This document shows, in pieces, positions 13,859 to 20,000 of a stretch of 20,000 nt of DNA. Source of the DNA: an uncultured virus (IMG/VR IMGVR_UViG_3300029903_000001). Its lineage: Duplodnaviria; Heunggongvirae; Uroviricota; Caudoviricetes. The DNA lies in IMG/VR virus record IMGVR_UViG_3300029903_000001. The stretch is one strand, 5' to 3'. The notes beneath the pieces are model-generated. The model had not been told where the DNA came from. It worked only from the letters and a program-made list of their open reading frames with translations, and ran no database searches. The translations under genes and the position numbers were made by a program. Position 1 is the stretch's first letter; every line of letters begins with the position of its first letter.

Positions 13859-15781
13859 GTGGTGGCAGGCTGGTCTCACCAAAAGCGGGTCGCGTTCGAG
13901 CAGGCGTTTTATGCTTTTCTTTCGCAGTGCCGTATAAATTCGAAGGATGACTCGTTCATCTCGCTGGGGGAGAACATTTACTATGGCCAGCGGCTGTTCA
14001 TCACCGCCATCATGGACGGGTTGGAGCGAGACATCCATGACTTCTACTGCCTGAAGTCCCGCCAGCTTGGCATCACCACCATTTGCCGTGCGTTGTCGAC
14101 GTTTTACCTCGGTGTGCACCGCGGCCTGTCCGGTGCGTTGGTGTTCGATTCCAGCGAGAACATGAACTTGGCGCGGGCCGAACTCACCACCATGATTGCC
14201 GATCTGCCGGAGTCGCTGAAGTTTCCGGCAGTGAAGAAGGGCGGGGACAACCGCTACGGCTTGACCCTCGTCAATAACTCCAAGATTTTGTTCAAATCGG
14301 CAGGCGTCAAGAAGACCAAGACGTCGGGCACTCTAGGCCGGTCGGCCGGTTTGTCGATGACGCATATGAGCGAGCTTTGCTCTTACGACAACAAGGAAGG
14401 CTTGGTGTCGTTTCGGCGTTCGCTGTCGCAGTTCAATCCTGACCGGCTTTACATTTACGAGTCCACGGCGCGCGGACCGAATCAATGGAAGGACATGTGG
14501 GATATTGCCCGGTCCGACACGGATCACTGCGTGTGTGTTTTTATTGGCTGGTGGGCGCACGATAAGCAGCGGATCGAGCGAACAGACGAAAAGGATTGGC
14601 CGCTTTACGGCGTGCAGCCGCCGACCAAGGAAGAGCAGTCCAAGATTGATGCCGTCAAGGAGCAGTACGGGTACGATATAACGCAGGAGCAGCTGGCGTG
14701 GTATCGCAAGCTGGTAGATCCGGCTGCGCGCGTAGAGGGCGATGTCGATGCGGGGTTCGAAGGTGACTCTCTGCAAAAGCAGGAAGACCCGTGGACTGAA
14801 GACGAAGCTTTCCAGCAGACCGGGAGCACGTTCTTTTCCGGGCAGTCTCTGAAGGATCAGACCGACAAGTACGTGCAGCGGAAGTACACGCCTTACATGT
14901 TTTTGGGTGGGCGCGAGTTCTCGGACATGAAGGTGTATAAGGCCGAGACGACCCGCAACATCGAGCTGAAGGTGTGGGATGTTCCGGTTGCAGAAGCGGT
15001 TTACGTGTTCGGCATTGACCCGGCGTTCGGTGAGAACGAGCACAACGACCGGTCGGCGATCCAGGTATTTCGGTGTTTTGCTGATGGCATCGACCAGGTC
15101 GCCGAGTACGCTTATGCGATGACTTCGACAAAGCATTTCGCGCACGTCGTAGCTGGCATCATGGCGTGGTACGGCAATGAGCCACTGACTGAAATATATT
15201 ACATTTTGGAGGTTAACGGCCCGGGCGGCGCGGTGCTTCAGGAGCTGAAGTCACTGAAGTTTCAGATCGAAAACGGCTATGCTCCGATGGAGGAGCAGGG
15301 GATCAAAAACATATTTCGCAATGTCAAGCAGTTCATGTACTCTCGCCCCGATTCGCTGACGGGTGGGTCGTCGGCATGGCACTGGAAGACCTCTCCGAAC
15401 AACAAAGAGGCGATCATGGAGGAGCTGCGGGGCTTCGTTACCAACGGGCAGCTTCGTCTCCGGTCGCATGATTTGATAGAGGAGATGAAGAACGTCACGC
15501 GAGACGGCGCGTCGATCGCGGGTGAGGGCAGCCAGAAGGACGATCGTGTGGTGGCGGCTGCGCTGGCGGCGCACTACTGGGATTCCAAGATCCGCCGGAA
15601 CCTGATCGTCCAGAAGCGGACGCGGGACGCCGAGGCGGCCAAGAAGCTGAAGTCTATCGTTGACCAGACCGCCCTGTTTCATGCAAACATGCTCAGTAGC
15701 TTCATGGGCCAGAAGGCCAAGGGGCGGCTGGACCAGCAGCGGCTGGCGGCCAAGCAGGCGTGGCGGTACGGACGGAGATGA
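13859..15781 (+). CDS. terL: terminase large subunit
   Basis: LKSRQLGITT (Walker A), HMSELC (Walker B), YESTARG coupling motif, and nuclease motifs GIDPAFG, DRSAIQV, LEVNGPG, KDDRVVAAALA. Confidence 0.93.
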   Translation: MVAGWSHQKRVAFEQAFYAFLSQCRINSKDDSFISLGENIYYGQRLFITAIMDGLERDIHDFYCLKSRQLGITTICRALSTFYLGVHRGLSGALVFDSSENMNLARAELTTMIADLPESLKFPAVKKGGDNRYGLTLVNNSKILFKSAGVKKTKTSGTLGRSAGLSMTHMSELCSYDNKEGLVSFRRSLSQFNPDRLYIYESTARGPNQWKDMWDIARSDTDHCVCVFIGWWAHDKQRIERTDEKDWPLYGVQPPTKEEQSKIDAVKEQYGYDITQEQLAWYRKLVDPAARVEGDVDAGFEGDSLQKQEDPWTEDEAFQQTGSTFFSGQSLKDQTDKYVQRKYTPYMFLGGREFSDMKVYKAETTRNIELKVWDVPVAEAVYVFGIDPAFGENEHNDRSAIQVFRCFADGIDQVAEYAYAMTSTKHFAHVVAGIMAWYGNEPLTEIYYILEVNGPGGAVLQELKSLKFQIENGYAPMEEQGIKNIFRNVKQFMYSRPDSLTGGSSAWHWKTSPNNKEAIMEELRGFVTNGQLRLRSHDLIEEMKNVTRDGASIAGEGSQKDDRVVAAALAAHYWDSKIRRNLIVQKRTRDAEAAKKLKSIVDQTALFHANMLSSFMGQKAKGRLDQQRLAAKQAWRYGRR

Positions 15782-15782
15782 C

Positions 15783-16328
15783 ATGGCAGTGATCCTGAAG
15801 TGCCCGGCGTGCTTCGAGAAGTTCAAGTACGATATCACCGAGGGTTGGCCCGACCTTTGCCCGGTCTGCAAGACCGACATCAATAACCGCCGGCGGGACG
15901 ATGAGATTTGCGTGCCGGCCTTCCTGAGCCAGAAATCCAAGAACAACGACAAGGTCGCCCGCGACATCATGGACGGCTCGGTGCAGCGCGCTGAGATGGC
16001 AGCCGCGATGGCCGGTACGTCGGTCGACGAGATGGCCAGCCTGAAGATCACCAACCTCAGCGACCGCAGGGACGCCGAGGTTGCCGCCATGCCCGTTGTG
16101 AACGACGTGACCCGGCACATGGACTCGATGCAGCGCGCGGGGATGCCGGTCGGGTTCGGCACCGGCCCAACCGAGGCGATGCAGAGCGCGGCCATGGCGC
16201 ATACGGGGGACGCTCCCTATGCGGGTCTGCGCGAGCGCAATCGCCTGCAGCGTCTGATGCCGCCGATCGCGCAGGCACCGTTGCCGCAGCAGATCGTCAA
16301 TAACCCGAATTACAGGTCGCCGGTATGA
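15783..16328 (+). CDS. zinc-ribbon protein between terminase and portal
   Basis: RBS GGAG, then MAVILKCPAC...CPVC; 181 aa. Confidence 0.8.
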   Translation: MAVILKCPACFEKFKYDITEGWPDLCPVCKTDINNRRRDDEICVPAFLSQKSKNNDKVARDIMDGSVQRAEMAAAMAGTSVDEMASLKITNLSDRRDAEVAAMPVVNDVTRHMDSMQRAGMPVGFGTGPTEAMQSAAMAHTGDAPYAGLRERNRLQRLMPPIAQAPLPQQIVNNPNYRSPV

Positions 16329-18046
16329 TCCCGATCCCGACGGGCGAGAAGGACCTGGTCCCTTTTGCCAACGAACTGATCGAGACCTGTCGGGTCACCC
16401 AGAGCGTGCGCGCGGCCTACTACCGCATTTTGAACCAGGTCGCCGAGACCGGCACAGTGACCGGGCAGAAGGCGCTCATCAACACGATGAACTACCACCT
16501 GGAGCGCACCGCGGCGCACCTGTTCTCGCCGACCGATTTGAAATTCGCCTGTGATTTCGACAATGCCTACAAGGCGGACGACATCAAGCGCGGCGAAGTG
16601 TTCGCCAAGCACCTGACCCGGCAGTGGGAGTTGAGTTCGACCGACATCCTGTTCGGGCAGGCGGTGTTCGAGTCGCTGAAATACGGGCTCGCGTTGTTCA
16701 AACAGTGGCCGCGCAACGAGGGCACCGAGGAGAAGCCCCGGATCGTTTACGAGAAGAAGGTGGTGATGCCGTGGAACGTCGGTTTCTACAAGGAAAGCGA
16801 GACCGACATCGACAAGCAGGAGGTCATCTGCGAGACCTCGCAGCTTACCGGGCCCGAGGTGTGGTCGCGGATTTGGCGTTTCCCCGACGCCAAGAAGCTG
16901 CACGAGAAGATCATGACGCACTCGAAGAAAAATCAGGGCGGTTCGGGCCCGGATAGCTTCTTCCACAACGTGCTGTCGACGTCTCAGTTGCAAACCGGTG
17001 TCCAGTCATCGACGCGCCCGCTGCCGGGGGGCGTCGTGCAGATCGGCAACGACCCGAACTACCCGATGATGGGGCCGACTGACGGTGCGCCGACCGTGGA
17101 ATTCCATGAACTGTGGATCAAGGGCGAGGAAGACTACGCGACGGTTCAGATCGTCAACCCGGATATCCTGGTGACGCGCTTCAAGACGTCCAACCTCATG
17201 GGAATCGAGCGGGTGCAGCCGTATCGGATCATCCAGCCGAACCCGATGACCGGCTACATCTGGGGACGGAGCGAGCTGATCGACCTGATCGAGCCGCAGT
17301 CGTTCCTGGCGCAGCTTTGCGACGACATGAAGCGGCTGATCGGGCTCCAGATCGACAAGATCATCGCTTTCAAGGGCGACAACACGATCACTGATGAGTC
17401 CTACGCGCAGTTCCGGCAGAATGGTTACCTAAACATGGGCGTCGGCGGTGGTGCCGATGACCTGACGCCCAAATTCCCGTCCGAGCTGCTTCCGATCATC
17501 AAATGGCTGATCGAGCAGGTCAATACGTTGGGCTCGTTCCCCGAGATCATGCAGGGCAAGGGCGAGTCGGGCGTGCGCGCCGGCGCCCATGCCGAGACGC
17601 TGATGAAAACGGCGTCGCCGACGCTGCGCGACCGCGCGCTGCTGACCGAGCGCCAGTGCGCGGTGTGCGCGGACCTGACCGCGACGATGATGGAGGCCAA
17701 GGAGGACCGGAAATATTGGGTTGACCCGGAGAAAATGGACGACAACTTCATGATCACGGATCTTCCGGAGGATTGGCGCATCACGGTGGACAGTCACCGG
17801 TCGTCGCCGATCTTCGTGGATGACGCGCAGCAGCTGATCTTCGCTCTGGCCAAGATGAGCGTTGTCGATGGTCTGTACCTGATCGACAACACGTCGATCC
17901 CCGACAAGGAAGCTGCCAAGGCGGCGTTCATCGAGCACAAGAAGTCCGGACAGGCGATGCAGGAGAAGCTGTTCGAGCAGCTATCGCCCGAAGGCAAGGA
18001 CAAGACCATCGAGAAGATGCTGGGCGGTCACCAGCAGCACCATTAG
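16325..18046 (+). CDS. portal protein (putative, podovirus/P22-like size)
   Basis: 573 aa, downstream of terL. Features ESLKYG, YIWGRSELIDLIEPQ and EIMQGKGESGVR fit portal proteins. Confidence 0.8.
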   Translation: MIPIPTGEKDLVPFANELIETCRVTQSVRAAYYRILNQVAETGTVTGQKALINTMNYHLERTAAHLFSPTDLKFACDFDNAYKADDIKRGEVFAKHLTRQWELSSTDILFGQAVFESLKYGLALFKQWPRNEGTEEKPRIVYEKKVVMPWNVGFYKESETDIDKQEVICETSQLTGPEVWSRIWRFPDAKKLHEKIMTHSKKNQGGSGPDSFFHNVLSTSQLQTGVQSSTRPLPGGVVQIGNDPNYPMMGPTDGAPTVEFHELWIKGEEDYATVQIVNPDILVTRFKTSNLMGIERVQPYRIIQPNPMTGYIWGRSELIDLIEPQSFLAQLCDDMKRLIGLQIDKIIAFKGDNTITDESYAQFRQNGYLNMGVGGGADDLTPKFPSELLPIIKWLIEQVNTLGSFPEIMQGKGESGVRAGAHAETLMKTASPTLRDRALLTERQCAVCADLTATMMEAKEDRKYWVDPEKMDDNFMITDLPEDWRITVDSHRSSPIFVDDAQQLIFALAKMSVVDGLYLIDNTSIPDKEAAKAAFIEHKKSGQAMQEKLFEQLSPEGKDKTIEKMLGGHQQHH

Positions 18047-18405
18047 TTCCCTCGAAACGGTGTCAAGACTGGCGTCTGTCCTTGCTGGCGCTGGGCGGCC
18101 CGGATCGTGGGGTCGCTTGTGGCAGCGGTAACGAACTTCGCTTTGATTCGTTCGGCGGCGACCCCGCGCAGGACGTGGGCCTGTTCGACCTGTTCAAGGT
18201 CTTCGAGCATCATGCCGTGGATTTCATCGAATGGGATCGCGTAGCTTTGGCCGAAGTCGTCGCTGCCGATGAGCACGCCTCCCTCGGCGCACTTTACCTT
18301 ATGATCAACATAGGTGTTGTACGCCTCGCCTGCTTTTTCTTCGGTTTTAAAAAGTAGCGCCCACGCTGTTCCCGTCGGCCCGAAGCAGATCGTCAGATTG
18401 AACAT
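18043..18405 (-). CDS. hypothetical protein
   Basis: 120 aa, RBS AAGGA, convergent with the portal gene. Confidence 0.75.
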   Translation of the reverse strand: MFNLTICFGPTGTAWALLFKTEEKAGEAYNTYVDHKVKCAEGGVLIGSDDFGQSYAIPFDEIHGMMLEDLEQVEQAHVLRGVAAERIKAKFVTAATSDPTIRAAQRQQGQTPVLTPFRGN

Positions 18406-18411
18406 TCGAAG

Positions 18412-18621
18412 TTATCCTTTTTTGATCGGGCCGTCGGCCCATTCGATGAATTGCTCTTTAGGGAATCGGTACCGGCGGTCGTTGCCCAGCCGCGTGTAAG
18501 GCGGCCGGTTTTTCCGAAGTTTGGTGTAGCCGTACAGCGTGTCGATGTGGACGCCGATGTATTCGGCGGCTTCCTTGGCGGTGAACCACCTCGTGCGGGG
18601 GGATGCCGGGCTTGTTTCCAT
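18412..18621 (-). CDS. excisionase-like (HTH_17/MerR-like) DNA-binding protein
   Basis: WFTAKEAAEYIGVHIDTLYGY...PPYTRLG...YRFPKEQFIEW; ATG at 18621 preferred. Confidence 0.85.
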   Translation of the reverse strand: METSPASPRTRWFTAKEAAEYIGVHIDTLYGYTKLRKNRPPYTRLGNDRRYRFPKEQFIEWADGPIKKG

Positions 18622-18765
18622 GGAAGCGCAGGTTAGACCAGAGATGTTCCTGCTGCAACATGAAAACGCCTTCTCGGCCAGAGACGTGCCCACTGGCCTT
18701 CCCCCCGGAACCCGTCGAAGTTGCCCGCGCACGCTGTTGTGCGGACTGACAACCAGGAGATGGCC

Positions 18766-18807
18766 ATGATCGTTCGCAACCGCGGTCGTAAGCACCGCCG
18801 GAAGTAA
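18766..18807 (+). CDS. Arg/Lys-rich micropeptide (13 aa)
   Basis: AGGAG at 18755-18759, 6 nt before the ATG; MIVRNRGRKHRRK. Confidence 0.55.
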   Translation: MIVRNRGRKHRRK

Positions 18808-18818
18808 GACCTCCCCCC

Positions 18819-19220
18819 ATGCCGATCCCAGCTCCTGCTCCTGGCGGACAACCCGCGCAGCCTCCATTTGGTCAATCGCCAGCTACAGGGGCGACGCCGA
18901 ACAAGGGCTACGAGGCGCAAGGCTTGCAAGAGCTGGGTATGGTGGTCAAGCGCCTTGAGACGATCTTGCCACAGGTAGGCGCTTCAAGCGAACCGGGACA
19001 GGCGATCCTGAAGGCGCTTTCGTCCCTGACAAAATTCGTTCCCAGCGGGTCGGTCACCCCGGCCGCCCAGAAGAATTCGATCGAAGCCCAGCAGCGTCAG
19101 CACGCGCAAGGCAACCAGCAGATGCAGGCCATCCAGGCGATGAAGGCCAAGATGGCGCAGGGTGGCGGCGGTGCACCGGGTGGCGGGCAGCCGCAACCCC
19201 AGCCAGGAGCGGCGGCATGA
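18819..19220 (+). CDS. Pro/Gln-rich head-module hypothetical protein
   Basis: 133 aa with a helical core and low-complexity ends. Confidence 0.8.
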   Translation: MPIPAPAPGGQPAQPPFGQSPATGATPNKGYEAQGLQELGMVVKRLETILPQVGASSEPGQAILKALSSLTKFVPSGSVTPAAQKNSIEAQQRQHAQGNQQMQAIQAMKAKMAQGGGGAPGGGQPQPQPGAAA

Positions 19221-19396
19221 GCATTTTCGAATCCAAAGAGCAGATGGGCCCGATCAACATTGCGAGTCCGGAGCGGATCGGCACCGCGCTGACGCGGGAG
19301 CAGGCGCAGGACAACGAGACCCCTGCGCTGTTCGACCGGATCAAGGACGCCCACGTCCGGAACCTCGCGCCCGTCTATCGCGGCAAGCACTACTGA
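19217..19396 (+). CDS. hypothetical protein (59 aa)
   Basis: MSIFESKEQMGP...YRGKHY; RBS AGGAG and ATGA overlap. Not in the ORF track. Confidence 0.7.
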   Translation: MSIFESKEQMGPINIASPERIGTALTREQAQDNETPALFDRIKDAHVRNLAPVYRGKHY

Positions 19397-19406
19397 GGAA
19401 CGTCCC

Positions 19407-19586
19407 ATGAATATTTTCCAGAACCCCACCAAGGCGATCCCGACTTCCGACGAGCAGATCAAGCGAGTCAACATGGAGCAGATCGACATCGGCGGGCGCA
19501 AGTCGCACCTGCCGGCGCAGCAGAAGGCGGATGGCATGGGCATTAGCCACGTCCCGAACGCTGGGTCTTCGCCGGGGAGCAAGTAA
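19407..19586 (+). CDS. hypothetical protein (59 aa)
   Basis: MNIFQNPTKAIP...SSPGSK; RBS GAGGA. Not in the ORF track. Confidence 0.7.
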   Translation: MNIFQNPTKAIPTSDEQIKRVNMEQIDIGGRKSHLPAQQKADGMGISHVPNAGSSPGSK

Positions 19587-20000
19587 GTGCCGACGAAAGA
19601 GATCGACGAGGCCGAGTACAACCGTCTGTATGCACTGGCGACCGTCGCCAACCGCATCGTCCAGAATCCCGCCGCCCGTCGCCGCCTCGAAGAGGCGCAC
19701 AAGATGGTCGAGCCGAACGCGCCGACCCCGTTTCTGGACGCGGAACGCCAGCGCGAGGAGCCGCTGACCGCGCTCAAGACCGAGATGCAGGCCAAGCTGG
19801 ACGCGATCCAGAAGGAGCGCGATGACGAGCGGCGCGACGCCAGCATCCGCGCGCTTGCCGACAAGCAGGAGAAGGCGTTCGCCAAGCTCAAGCACACCCA
19901 TCGCTACACCGACGAGGGCGTCAAGGCCGTTCGCGAGTTGATGGAGGCCAAGGGCCTTCTCGACGTGGACGATGCCGTCGCCATTTTCGAGCGCGCCAAT
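19587..20000 (+). CDS. putative capsid scaffolding protein (3'-truncated)
   Basis: GTG start after GGGGAG; charged coiled-coil sequence (MPTKEIDEAEYNRL...), open to the window end, located in the head module. Confidence 0.65.
   Translation, partial: MPTKEIDEAEYNRLYALATVANRIVQNPAARRRLEEAHKMVEPNAPTPFLDAERQREEPLTALKTEMQAKLDAIQKERDDERRDASIRALADKQEKAFAKLKHTHRYTDEGVKAVRELMEAKGLLDVDDAVAIFERAN

Noticed and set aside
19217..19586. Paralogy of the two adjacent 59-aa ORFs (both start M-x-I-F)
   Set aside because: No convincing similarity beyond the first residues and the equal length.

Overview
This window is part of a GC-rich tailed phage or prophage genome. A GcrA-like HTH gene points to an alphaproteobacterial host. 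Nearly all genes lie on the + strand and many are coupled by ATGA/GTGA/TGATG overlaps. In order: small accessory genes; a non-coding island (1062-1402) with a promoter, a tRNA(CUG) and a repeat tract, enclosed by a long-range helix and followed by a DIP1984/DUF6847-like helical protein; a three-hairpin candidate sRNA; a sugar-modification cluster (STELLO/GT75-like, GT-A, GME-like epimerase, TPR-GT9-like); a serine recombinase; small accessory genes including KTSC; putative virion proteins; then terminase large subunit, portal and the start of the head module. The best candidate for an undescribed system is the ~280-nt structured, repeat-bearing, tRNA-containing RNA together with its downstream DIP1984-like protein. 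All family assignments come from recognising motifs by eye; no database search was run. There is an assembly gap at 2425-2517.
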